Virus record (IMG/VR): IMGVR_UViG_3300013094_000183
Span: 1-30,633 of that record
DNA length: 30,633 nt
Reading direction: 5' to 3' (one strand)
Source of the DNA: a virus
Lineage: Duplodnaviria > Caudoviricetes
Position numbers and translations under genes: made by a program. A model generated the notes under the pieces. The model was not told the origin of the DNA and ran no database searches. It saw nothing but the letters and a program-made list of their open reading frames with translations. Each line of letters opens with the position of its first letter. Within the stretch, counting starts at the first letter, position 1. Positions 11,501-18,892 of the stretch are shown in pieces.

Positions 11501-11734
11501 AACTTAGCTCGTATCAATCACGATACTGAAGAAATGCAAAATATGCGAGAAAAGTTAGTTGACGTCGGTAATAAACACACAGGTCTTGGTATCAATGCTG
11601 GTACAGTTTCTGAAATACTTTCAAGGTCAAAAACTGAATTTGATAAAGCTACTAAAGAGATGGTGCATGGTGTCAGATACTCTAAAAAGATGCTAAAAGA
11701 GATTAAATCTGACTCTGCTGAATACGAAAATTGA
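5504..11734 (+). CDS. Large internal virion protein / polyvalent-type protein with zincin-like metallopeptidase motif
   Basis: 2076 aa, last gene of the structural arm; G-x-F-x-P-x-x-N-x-I...VLLHEPGHA...HEFAAEALSNPQF (HExxH plus downstream E); Pro/Gln-rich linker; helical C-terminal region with a hydrophobic stretch. Confidence 0.7.
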   Translation: MPKVTIPGVGVVNYPDSMSDKDIMSHAQGLQTKANTPLLDPKDLPAKELFKGAFSRGIEGLKGTAFDLIPALAGSVTGHDQYAQEQMKEYQDRMAAAEAENPTAYNKLSDIKGIGDLPGFVAETAGMLAPDALSFIAGTGVGTTLGKYAARKGAEKVLEKSALEYAAKKGLTGEAADTAVEAFKNRAIGQNVISNATEHGASIGTNLGLTSTSMAINVPDVLQSVYQDTGELHPGIALTVGPIVGALDTIFPAHIVKQLGSTGKKILAKELLDKSTVVPTTWKKAFGKELLKDVSMESLTEGTQQALQVAASQMAGDKKKFFDPNNIDSIIMASIQGAIGAGSMGAIPSAIQAKGIKAQSEQDAAAQKAQAALDAQKAQPPAPPLALGYTSPPAMQQVETDQSKRPIEVSPGITYDPTTGLHTIQQQEEQPGRTVNPLMNMPQPNPELVGQGAPNVELNPAQQEMFDTTAFEKRQPSIDSALAGPPEAPTEFSSKLDAETLKGTGLKPQSGFFKQLLDKDMSKPKQQAAVADILINVRKNPNLSDSTKNAVEAVAMQAFGALAKQQEMFTPLGNVRKDASYAGVQPTVQSKPISTTNRTGIQVPNESVPNQPAGGVTAPQQRRVAPVTEPTAQSAVRETVQPSALSQEDQDALQAELQAEMAGQQPTQQMGTTPQAATTPAQESIVRTNQGIPQVAGVAQSQPVAKTSATQTLAPALIPHSAKDILKQAEQEKARREKLAEEGNPEFQELGRAGTGEFDVSKGYMGFAKEDVKNIDDSIAVTDLLRGATLTPIAKAAKTYFGKMPRLVDNLINVAFDIAFNPPRFRVEGESNREAKFFQGMNGASARLAADWIHKNLSPDTDKQFRDFIRGFERARDTTNDTQLMQLIMSGVSGTKAKVTDETIQSYIDAMSADIANARNREARRAVSGKTKKILESSVITLAHPLHPAVIAAIHNGDLQSALKLMAASSDPFIAKTAARFAAVNLNTKINVVDGLIDESGRPVPGLFHPETNTILIDSITGMNGHVLLHEPGHAVTSHVLDNPNHPLTRQLQQVLDKIKDSLDTAYGATDVHEFAAEALSNPQFVGKLQSINPNGGVHTAWDMFARAVINFFRRMVGLESRPLASAYDEVDRILSGIISPSPEYRDAGALYAPTIAKDQQIFTGVNKLVRSVPVLNENQKAHLADGIKRAGKLTRSGIFSMLPTHALGEVAESVFPGLGMKFHNLINDRSGYQNDLNNKTDAVVTEAKAAIKAKPEQQKTFNAIANESTVYEVDPTKPMSEYKDPEDIKVWKDLNSRYNKLDKVWKDLYVTMRNAYKEMYEEVKKSINERIEETALDAGTKKRVRDAIMAKLSEKGMLDPYFALGREGEHWLAFNYKDKNGQMQRTQEAYKTDYERAARMEELQKLGATEVEPYEKVSAMNYRRAPTGSFMNSILQIMDTNGVPEKAVEETMRLFLATLPETAFAQSLQKRKGTPGYMDDTIGVFERKMRNTAHQVANMRFNPQLTNVVDEMQQKTVAAGVAGKGNQLEKDYVTEFEKHLKYVLNPTKRDLGSILASTAFTYTLGFNLSSAVVNMANVPMIVAPYLKGQYASYNVAGAIGNASKIFIGSGTNAEMEVLGANGRTTKTKVMPSILNYAKDSAIGRKYAKLIEIANKRGQLNRSQLYELINGDTRTGLLSKFNAMSGWMFHHGERMNREVTMIASFDLEMQKLAKDIKSGKLTQEEAETQAANNAVYTAELTNGSIAAASAPRVAQNPIGKLLFMYKRYGVSMYYMMFKTAKEAIDVNLPADQRKAAWRQLGGIVGMSALMAGAQGIPLFGLASMVYALFCDDDDDDLDNVTRKGLGEFLYKGPLEYFTNLSIASRITLNDLIVRDTKGGTSATTFTQQIGQAMGGPAFGIMDRIQRGYSKIAEGHLERGIEDMLPSALSNPLKGYRYATEGTNTLRGDPITGDINAWNVAAQAFGFAPADYTRQIELNAKEKGVDKYVVQKVSKLKQRYNLARINHDTEEMQNMREKLVDVGNKHTGLGINAGTVSEILSRSKTEFDKATKEMVHGVRYSKKMLKEIKSDSAEYEN

Positions 11735-11735
11735 C

Positions 11736-11763
11736 AAAAAAACCCCCACTTTTTGGGTGGGGG
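11736..11763 (-). terminator. Rho-independent terminator of the minus-strand arm
   Basis: Minus strand reads CCCCCAC-CCAAAAA-GTGGGGG followed by T7; sits right after the stop of the convergent + strand gene. Confidence 0.8.
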
Positions 11764-11812
11764 CTAAGAGGGTTCCTCACGAGAACGAGAATGCAACAGG
11801 AGAATGTTGCAT
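11736..11812 (-). ncRNA. Candidate small RNA or structured 3' UTR with anti-SD loop
   Basis: Perfect 8-bp hairpin ATGCAACA-TTCTCC-TGTTGCAT (11791-11812), then TTCTCG x2, small hairpin GAGG-AAC-CCTC, then the terminator; possible -10 TACACT at 11817-11822. Confidence 0.35.
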
Positions 11813-11822
11813 AAGTAGTGTA

Positions 11823-12035
11823 CTACACGATTCTCCAAAAGCGCATCCCTAGTTTTTTATTCTCAATCCGGTCAAAGCCTTTAATGGTGAATCCCTTACT
11901 ATTTGCAATAGTTTGCATTTGTTTGTTCAATCTTACTAGATTAATAGCAGGGATAAAAAGTGACATTCCCACCCCAAAAGCATCCCAGTTAATGTCAATA
12001 ACCACACCATCAGGGCAAACTTGCCCTAACTTCAT
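11823..12035 (-). CDS. Small conserved phage protein
   Basis: Probable start MKLGQVCP (12035) rather than 12128; W-x-x-F-x-V-G-x-S-x-F-I-P ... G-x-R-x-W-R pattern common in small phage proteins. Confidence 0.55.
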   Translation of the reverse strand: MKLGQVCPDGVVIDINWDAFGVGMSLFIPAINLVRLNKQMQTIANSKGFTIKGFDRIENKKLGMRFWRIV

Positions 12036-14883
12036 CACCTTCAAGGGCAGCTTTGTGAGCTGCAAGGGCTTTGAGTTCTTCTTCTCTGTCATCATCCATG
12101 AATCCTTCACATTGAACGTGTAGTACATCTAAAGAAGGCAGGCTCATACGAGTACCTTTTCCCATACGTTTCTTATCAATCTTAGCTTTGGTTCGTCCAC
12201 GCTTAAGTGAATCCACAAGCCCTTCATAATTAACTTGTCGTTTGACACACCATTCCCGCAATGGATTAAGGTATATAAAGAGCAACTTAATATCATATTC
12301 ATATCGTGCAATATAAGTCATTCTTGGGCTTGCATCAGGGATAATCAAATGGTCTACGTCATCTTGTTTGAGACTACGTGAATCTTGGGTACTTTGAATG
12401 CGTAAAGTATTATTCCAATTCTCAGCCAAGAAGTTAGTTAAGGTTGTTTCAGCATCAACATCCATAAATTTGACCTGTTCTTTTACCCCCTTAACCACTT
12501 CAGCTGCCCATTGAACAATAGGCTTAATATCATAATCTATCAATCCAGCCCGTTTTGCTATCATTAAACCCATGATGGCATCTGCTACCAATACAGAGTG
12601 AAATCGATCCGCTGGGCTAAAACCACACATCTTATCGAGTGTGTGCTGAGTAGAAGTATATAGTTTTTTGATTCCCTCAATATCATTCATTACATACTGA
12701 AGATAAGGTATATAGGCATGTCCATAGTTATTTAATAACTTGATGCTAAGTTCATCGGTATCAATCTTACTCAAACCATCTACGGGACGGGCACGGTGCT
12801 CTAGTACCCGCATAGCCTCACCTTTTGGCATAGCCTTGTAGCTACTAATTTTTTCCATGATTGAAGCATTTCCAGTACTAACACCCATTTGTTTCCATAG
12901 TTCTCCACGATGCCGTTCTGAGTTTGCTGAGGCAGTCATACGATTCCTTTGTGAACCGGAAGTATATTGGTATAGAAAGTCGCTACAGTCTTTAGCTGTT
13001 GAGTTAGTTAACTCATCCATAGGTAGAAACAAGTTGTTATAAATCTCAGCACGAAGCATCTTAGATGCTGTTGTATCAGATTCTTTTAATACTATCTTAG
13101 TTGGGTCGCCCCAAATGCTAGCACCTGCAAATAGGGCTGTAGTCTTACCAATACCCGACTCAGGACTAAAGATATGCAGTAAAGCCGCATTTACAGGGGT
13201 AAAATCGGTAAATATAGAACCAAACGCTAAGCCGATTACAAATTGATGCATCTCCATTCCGGGACGTTTATAGAATGACATAGCTTCTTTCCATGCTTCC
13301 ATAGTTCCTTTGGTTTGAAATGCATGAAATAAATGCCCTGTAGATGATGAAGGTGGATTATGGTCTATGCGGTCTGCACGGATCTCTTTATCCCCTAAAA
13401 CAAATGCTTCATACTTTTCATCAACCCAACCAAACTGTCTTCTAGCTGTGTCTGCTTTATTATTAAATTGCATGTGATTTACCCAAGTTGTTAAATATGA
13501 CATCAGTTCGTCAGTTTTTACTAGTGCTACACCTTTTGTGGATAAGTATTTTCTAAGTTCATCTTTTGATGTAACTGCTGATAAAGGAATAGTAAACTCC
13601 CGCACCCCATCTTTTGGAAGGTGTAGTCGAACGACTACCGCTTCACCTACTTCCGAATCATCCAATCGCCGAGTAAGGTATATATCATTGTGATATATCA
13701 TCACCTCAATTTCGTCTTCTTGTTTAATTACCCGCTTAAAAATACCACCGTTCTTACCCCGAAAGTAAGGATCAGGATACTTTGGTATAACGTATGTTTG
13801 TGTATGACCTTGGTCTATCTGAAATGGAACATCTTCAACAATATTATCTTCATCATTAGCTTCTAATACTTCACGACCTAATACGATTGGGGATTTTATA
13901 ACCCCTTTATTTGGGCATCCATTACAGCCTTTGGGGTTATATTCTTCAAACTTAGCGCAGGTATATGGACCACCTTTGATACCACGTACCTTACGATCCG
14001 CAAACTGGGGGCTATATTCTGGGTGGTGCTCGGATATTTTGGTTACTGCTTTATCAGCATCAATACAAAATTTGGCGATACTTAGCCCTGCTCTCCACAT
14101 AGGTTCGGGCATTGTGGCTTGCTCTTTTATTATATGTGCAAGTTGCTGGCAACCTTCGTTCTTCATGGTTTTTATTAAAATCGTCTTAAACCGATTCGTG
14201 TAATTACCAAGCAGTGCTTTGGTTACGTCGTCCATCTCGCCACGAGGTATATAGGCCCGTGGTGCAAGAATAGGATCACCTATAACATCTTTTAGTGTGT
14301 CAAGCTCATATGAGCCAGGTGAGCTACCAATTAAACAAACGTCTCTAGGTTCTTGATTTTTATAGTTTAAAGTCCCCGGAACCCGTAAGATTCGTACTGA
14401 ATCAGCCGTCACTACTGGATCAGCAAATAGGTCATTGTCGTCGCACATGCTCTTTAGCTTCTCAGCCATAGGTAACCATGTTTCACGTGAAACAGCTTCA
14501 GTCAAAGCCCAATAGGCATGAATACCCCCACCGGAATTAACCATTGCTGGTCTTGGCATTTTAGTAGCTTTGCAAAAAGCGATTAATGCTTTTGTAGCAT
14601 CGACTTGCGTTTCGTAAGGTTTACCTTCACCACAATCGAGATCAACAAATAAAGACCTTAACTGCTTAACGTTAGCAGTCTTCCTTGATTTGCCATCCTC
14701 AAAAGTAGCCAATGCATAGTATGCATCGTAGCCTTCTTTCGCTAAATTCTCAGCAACTCCCACCGCATCTTCAAGCTTTTTGAAAAACTTTTGGATAGGT
14801 TTATCCGAGTCTTTCTTTAACCCAACTATGCAGTAGTATCCTTCGTCGCCAAGGACTTGCTGTAAAAATTCCAAATTGTTCAT
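12010..14883 (-). CDS. Primase-helicase (AEP/RepB-type primase + DUF927-like + P-loop helicase domain)
   Basis: FVDLD (DxD), SGGGIHAYW and RILRVPGTLN primase motifs; Cys cluster CAKF...GCNGC; Walker A SPESGIGKTT; Walker B PMDE. Confidence 0.85.
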   Translation of the reverse strand: MNNLEFLQQVLGDEGYYCIVGLKKDSDKPIQKFFKKLEDAVGVAENLAKEGYDAYYALATFEDGKSRKTANVKQLRSLFVDLDCGEGKPYETQVDATKALIAFCKATKMPRPAMVNSGGGIHAYWALTEAVSRETWLPMAEKLKSMCDDNDLFADPVVTADSVRILRVPGTLNYKNQEPRDVCLIGSSPGSYELDTLKDVIGDPILAPRAYIPRGEMDDVTKALLGNYTNRFKTILIKTMKNEGCQQLAHIIKEQATMPEPMWRAGLSIAKFCIDADKAVTKISEHHPEYSPQFADRKVRGIKGGPYTCAKFEEYNPKGCNGCPNKGVIKSPIVLGREVLEANDEDNIVEDVPFQIDQGHTQTYVIPKYPDPYFRGKNGGIFKRVIKQEDEIEVMIYHNDIYLTRRLDDSEVGEAVVVRLHLPKDGVREFTIPLSAVTSKDELRKYLSTKGVALVKTDELMSYLTTWVNHMQFNNKADTARRQFGWVDEKYEAFVLGDKEIRADRIDHNPPSSSTGHLFHAFQTKGTMEAWKEAMSFYKRPGMEMHQFVIGLAFGSIFTDFTPVNAALLHIFSPESGIGKTTALFAGASIWGDPTKIVLKESDTTASKMLRAEIYNNLFLPMDELTNSTAKDCSDFLYQYTSGSQRNRMTASANSERHRGELWKQMGVSTGNASIMEKISSYKAMPKGEAMRVLEHRARPVDGLSKIDTDELSIKLLNNYGHAYIPYLQYVMNDIEGIKKLYTSTQHTLDKMCGFSPADRFHSVLVADAIMGLMIAKRAGLIDYDIKPIVQWAAEVVKGVKEQVKFMDVDAETTLTNFLAENWNNTLRIQSTQDSRSLKQDDVDHLIIPDASPRMTYIARYEYDIKLLFIYLNPLREWCVKRQVNYEGLVDSLKRGRTKAKIDKKRMGKGTRMSLPSLDVLHVQCEGFMDDDREEELKALAAHKAALEGDEVRASLP

Positions 14884-14885
14884 TA

Positions 14886-14926
14886 GCCACCTTCAAAGGT
14901 GGGGAGTGGCTGGTGTTGATCTCCAG
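14886..14926 (-). promoter_or_regulatory. Structured leader sequestering the primase RBS
   Basis: Minus strand: GCTGG-agatcaaca-CCAGC, then CCACCT-TTGA-AGGTGG whose 3' arm is the SD-like sequence just before ATG 14883; alternative pairing AGCCAC/GTGGCT. Confidence 0.35.
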
Positions 14927-15056
14927 CTTCGGCAAAACAATTTATTCACAACCCCATCCACGAGTACAGGAAATAAGGAAACCTATACTACTTTTTCAAA
15001 TGCGAATAAAAAGCCCTCGTATCAACCTACGAATTTCACCCCCCGTAAAACGTTAT

Positions 15057-15953
15057 TTAAGCATCATCCCATTCACTCACTAAGCTATCTAAGCTAGGTT
15101 CATTTGCTACGGAAGCTTTCTTGGGTGGTACTTTCTTAGGTTCTTCAATCGCATCTACTTCTGCTTCAATAGATTCAACTGTTTCAACCTTTGCTACTGG
15201 TTTGGTTAATGCTGGTTTTGGTTTATCCTTAACACCATCAGTCTGTGCGACTGTTAAAGTAATAGCAGCAAGAGCTTCTGCGCTATCTTTAAGTTCAGTA
15301 ATTTTTAAGAACTCATCTTCAGTTACAGGACGAACAGGTTTAAATACTAACTTTGGTGTAGGGCTTGCTGTGTCAAACCGCATCTCAGTCACAACACCTG
15401 TAATCGGAGTGCCATGATTCTTAAGATGGCGAGCATATGCCTGCAGAGGATGTTTACCTTTTTCCCCATCACCAAATACTGAAGTAGGTGGCAATACAAG
15501 TTGGTAAACTTCACCTTTGTCGACTTCTCCGTCTACCACGACTGCTAGACGCTGTTGATAACGACAGGCACGACTCTCACCCTGACCAGAACCCTTAATG
15601 TTTTGAGCACAAGTGAGACAGGTGGCTGACTGCTTCTCTTTGGACTTTTCATCGGGACGCTGACTGTCGGATGACCAGCAAGTTGGGGATACAGTTTCAC
15701 CTTCTACATAACTTCCTGAGTAGAAAATACGTGAAACTTTTGGTGCAGCTTTGATAATGATTACGTTCATAGAACGTTCTTCAGATACACGGTACTCTTT
15801 ACCACCAATAAACTCACGGAATACTCCGCCTTTAATACTAATGCGACGTGCGCCTAAACCACCATCACCCGTACCAGCTAGGGAGTTGGTTGCATCATCT
15901 GCACCTTTTAAATAATCAGGCAAACCGCCTTTAAATAAAGTCATTTCACTCAT
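15057..15953 (-). CDS. Putative ssDNA-binding / annealing protein
   Basis: 298 aa next to the primase; RISIKGGVF, CWSSD..PD, CxxC..NIKGS..RAC motifs; low-complexity linker and acidic-aromatic tail (SEWDDA) as in phage SSBs; RBS GGAGAA. Confidence 0.55.
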   Translation of the reverse strand: MSEMTLFKGGLPDYLKGADDATNSLAGTGDGGLGARRISIKGGVFREFIGGKEYRVSEERSMNVIIIKAAPKVSRIFYSGSYVEGETVSPTCWSSDSQRPDEKSKEKQSATCLTCAQNIKGSGQGESRACRYQQRLAVVVDGEVDKGEVYQLVLPPTSVFGDGEKGKHPLQAYARHLKNHGTPITGVVTEMRFDTASPTPKLVFKPVRPVTEDEFLKITELKDSAEALAAITLTVAQTDGVKDKPKPALTKPVAKVETVESIEAEVDAIEEPKKVPPKKASVANEPSLDSLVSEWDDA

Positions 15954-16156
15954 GCTACTTCTCCTTTGATATAGTCACCAATTTTTTTAGCAATGTTAAC
16001 GATAGTATCTGAATCTACATCTTTAGCACGTGTTGCAAAATCAATACACATTGCTCTAAACTGCTGATTTTGTTGTGCTTGTTGTTCTGCTTTTACTGTT
16101 GCAGATAGCTCTTCGTTTACAAATGGTACATCTACTTCTTGTTGGATCTCGTCCAT
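15950..16156 (-). CDS. Hypothetical protein
   Basis: 68 aa, RBS AAGGAGA, ATGA overlap with the downstream gene. Confidence 0.7.
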   Translation of the reverse strand: MDEIQQEVDVPFVNEELSATVKAEQQAQQNQQFRAMCIDFATRAKDVDSDTIVNIAKKIGDYIKGEVA

Positions 16157-16166
16157 GTAGTTCTCC

Positions 16167-16439
16167 TTAAATATCTTCGTCAGGGTTAAAATTTAAAGCC
16201 ATTTGGGCTTGTCCTGCAGGTACGTTAACCGTTAAGCTTCCGTCTGCTTCTTCTTTTGGCAATCCTCCGCCGCATATAATCCGTAAGGCTTTCTCCACCT
16301 CAGTAATTTTGAAACGGTAAACACCGCCAATCTTTAATGAAGGGATTAAGTCTTGTCGAATCCATGCACGAACAGTCGATACTGACACAGCGAAATGCTT
16401 TGCCAAACCTTCTATCGGTACAAACGATTCATCAACCAT
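16167..16439 (-). CDS. Excisionase-like HTH DNA-binding protein (HTH_17/MerR-like)
   Basis: LAKHFAVSVSTVRAWIRQDLIPSLKIGGVYRF winged-HTH signature. Confidence 0.8.
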   Translation of the reverse strand: MVDESFVPIEGLAKHFAVSVSTVRAWIRQDLIPSLKIGGVYRFKITEVEKALRIICGGGLPKEEADGSLTVNVPAGQAQMALNFNPDEDI

Positions 16440-16851
16440 TTTTACTCCTTTTTATAGTCACAGAATATTCCATGTTTGCGTTAAGTCCCGGCGGAAGCAC
16501 ATCGGGGTTGTCCTCTAAAAATGCTTTCATATTGGTCTGTTGAATACGCTTCTCCAATAGTTCCGGCACACCATGTTCAAGAATAAACTTGCCCATAGAT
16601 TCCCAATCGGTAGTTGAATACGTTGTCCTTACGGTGCGGTATACAGTACCTGCATCAGTCCTTAAGCTTTCAGCCCCAATCTCTTTCATATGGTCGAGAA
16701 TAGCAGTCTTAACGGCTTTCATATCCGTCTCAACTTTGCTAATCTTTTCCTCAAGTTCATGAGTGATTTCAGCTTTTTTGTCCCGCATTTTGATATAAAT
16801 ACGAGTGAGTTTTTCTAAAGGCACTCCTGCCTGTACAGCGTTCTCTGACAT
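16432..16851 (-). CDS. Conserved phage replication-module protein (coiled coil + beta domain)
   Basis: 139 aa; YIKMRD coiled coil, T-x-x-G-T-V, DW..F, LLEKRI, PPGL motifs; RBS ACAGGAGAA. Confidence 0.7.
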   Translation of the reverse strand: MSENAVQAGVPLEKLTRIYIKMRDKKAEITHELEEKISKVETDMKAVKTAILDHMKEIGAESLRTDAGTVYRTVRTTYSTTDWESMGKFILEHGVPELLEKRIQQTNMKAFLEDNPDVLPPGLNANMEYSVTIKRSKNG

Positions 16852-16909
16852 AACATTCTCCTGTTAAAAACAATAACGGCTTTATTTTATTCTCGCTATT
16901 GGTACTTCT

Positions 16910-16938
16910 ACTATACTATCAAACTTTACCTTAATCAA
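16910..16938 (-). promoter_or_regulatory. Putative sigma70-type promoter
   Basis: TTGATT (16938-16933), 17-nt spacer, TATAGT (16915-16910), upstream of the 16851 start in a 79-bp intergenic gap. Confidence 0.5.
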
Positions 16939-18469
16939 GTAAATTCTTGTAAAGGTCAACTAACTTTACATGGTCTTCAATACGGTTGTCAAGCATTTTA
17001 TATAGGTGTTTTTCCGCATTTGAACCTTGTAATCTTACTATAGTCACAGGATGCCTTTGCCCTGCTCTATGAACCCTTGCATTCGCTTGGGCATATGTTT
17101 CTAAACTTGGGGTCGGACCCCACCAAACAACCGTATCAGCCGCCGTTAAAGTCACTCCATGTGCCGCCGCTTGGGGTTGAATAATTAAAATTCTTGGGGA
17201 ACTGGTTTCTTGAAACTGTTTAAATATTTCCGCACGTTTATGGGCAGGTACATCGCCGTTAATAATCTCGGTCTTAAAGCCATCTACCTGTAGCTTGGTA
17301 GATAGTATTTCAATCGTATGTTTAAAAGGTACAAAGATTAATATCTTTTGCTGTGTTTCGTCAATCACTTCCCTTAATACCTTATAGCGGTTTTTAATGT
17401 CAAATTCAAGGGTTTCACCCGAATCGGAATATACTGCACCACAAGATATTTGTAACAACTTACTTAACCCAACGGCAGCATTAACTGCAGTAACTTGTTC
17501 ACCTGCTGTTTGCATAACTAGCTTCTTACGAAGCAAGTCATAATATTTCCTTTGCTGTGGAGTAAGTTCAACTTCCCTTGTAACATAGGTCATTTCCGGC
17601 AAATCAAGACACTCTTCTTTAGTAAATCGAATCGCAGGTTGTAATGCTTCAAATACTACTTTATCAGCGTTAGGTCTAATTACCCATCTAAATTGTGACA
17701 CTTTATACATCACCATATCTTTGAAAGAACCAAAAAATTTAGGTACTCCAGTAGGATTTACCAACTTAGCCAAACCATACGCATCTACTGGGGACTGTGC
17801 GGCGGGTGTTCCTGTTAGCATCCATAGCCACTTATCAGGTGTAAGTAATTTATTTAATGTTTTCCATCTTGTGGTCTGTGCATTTTTATAAGCGTTAGCT
17901 TCATCAATTACGATAAGGTCAAACCTACCATTAGTAATAGCTTCCTGCACAATCTCAACACCGTCATAGTTAATAATAACAAACTCAGCGTCTGAAGAAA
18001 TAATGCGGTTACGTTTCTCCCTGCTGCCATACGCAATATCAACAGTACGGTGCATAGCAAACTTAAATAAGTCTGCCCGCCAAGCTGAATCCATAATAGA
18101 TAAGGGGCAAATAACCAATACACGCTTAACCTTACCTATCTTCATTAGATAGTCTGCCGCCCATATAACTGAACCTGTTTTACCAGTACCCTGTTCATTA
18201 AGGCAAAAGGCACGGGGGTGTAAAGTTAAAAATGATGCTGTAGTTTTTTGATGGTCAAACGGCTTATGTAATCCGGGCCAGGTATACTTTCCCATAATAG
18301 GTGATGGGATGTTTTTTATTTGTAAATTATTTAAAACCCGTGCTTCATCTAAGCCCCAACTAACGGCAACTTGATTAGTACCTATTTGTCTACTCTTAGG
18401 AATGACAGTTGTAACCTTATTCGGGTTCCGTAGATTCAGCAACAACACTTTGTTGTCTATTATTTCCAC
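16931..18469 (-). CDS. SNF2-family (SF2) helicase
   Basis: Walker A EQGTGKT, motif Ia ICPLS, motif II IDEAN, motif III LTGTP, motif V HGVTLT, motif VI QANARVHRAGQ; GTG start after GGAGAA. Confidence 0.9.
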   Translation of the reverse strand: MEIIDNKVLLLNLRNPNKVTTVIPKSRQIGTNQVAVSWGLDEARVLNNLQIKNIPSPIMGKYTWPGLHKPFDHQKTTASFLTLHPRAFCLNEQGTGKTGSVIWAADYLMKIGKVKRVLVICPLSIMDSAWRADLFKFAMHRTVDIAYGSREKRNRIISSDAEFVIINYDGVEIVQEAITNGRFDLIVIDEANAYKNAQTTRWKTLNKLLTPDKWLWMLTGTPAAQSPVDAYGLAKLVNPTGVPKFFGSFKDMVMYKVSQFRWVIRPNADKVVFEALQPAIRFTKEECLDLPEMTYVTREVELTPQQRKYYDLLRKKLVMQTAGEQVTAVNAAVGLSKLLQISCGAVYSDSGETLEFDIKNRYKVLREVIDETQQKILIFVPFKHTIEILSTKLQVDGFKTEIINGDVPAHKRAEIFKQFQETSSPRILIIQPQAAAHGVTLTAADTVVWWGPTPSLETYAQANARVHRAGQRHPVTIVRLQGSNAEKHLYKMLDNRIEDHVKLVDLYKNLLD

Positions 18470-18492
18470 ACATTCTCCAGTGAAGCGTTCTC

Positions 18493-18539
18493 AGGCGAAA
18501 GCGGTCTCCCGCTATCACCTTACTTAATTTCTAATTATA
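18493..18539 (-). promoter_or_regulatory. TATAAT -10 element and 5'-UTR GNRA hairpin upstream of the helicase
   Basis: TATAAT at 18539-18534; AGGTGATAGCGG-GAGA-CCGCTTTCGCCT at 18520-18493 (12-bp stem, one G-U, one U-U). No good -35 seen. Confidence 0.45.
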
Positions 18540-18545
18540 TTACTA

Positions 18546-18890
18546 CTATTTCTTAAGCTTTACAACCTTACTTAATTTCTTTTCGCCTTTTTCTTTTTTA
18601 GTCGTTTCAGAAACTAAGTTACTTTTACTATCACGTTTAAATGCTCTATTACCGCTAGCACTTTCAATAAAAACACCGTTCTTATTTGATCCACCTTTAT
18701 CTAATGCTTTGACATGGGCAACATCTTTACCTTCTCTAGCATCAGCTTTACCGTTTTTGTTTTTATCAGGCATGATCTTGTCAATAGCACGTCGGGCACG
18801 TTGACGTTCATCACGTCGTTCGCCTTCACCACGAGCTTTTTGTTGTTCATATTCTTTTTTATATGGTCTTGGTTTATTAACGTATGGCAT
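18546..18890 (-). CDS. HNH-like endonuclease / basic protein
   Basis: GKDVAHVKALDKGGSN...S..NR resembles the D-H...GG...N...N HNH core; very basic. Confidence 0.6.
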   Translation of the reverse strand: MPYVNKPRPYKKEYEQQKARGEGERRDERQRARRAIDKIMPDKNKNGKADAREGKDVAHVKALDKGGSNKNGVFIESASGNRAFKRDSKSNLVSETTKKEKGEKKLSKVVKLKK

Positions 18891-18892
18891 AT

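Noticed and set aside
12012-12027. Inverted repeat AGGGCAA-AC-TTGCCCT at the primase stop
   Set aside because: Single 7-bp arm repeat within overlapping coding sequence, with no second copy noticed; could be chance.
16167-16439. Evidence for an integrated prophage from the excisionase-like gene
   Set aside because: No integrase, att site or host genes in the window; such HTH genes also occur in lytic replication modules.
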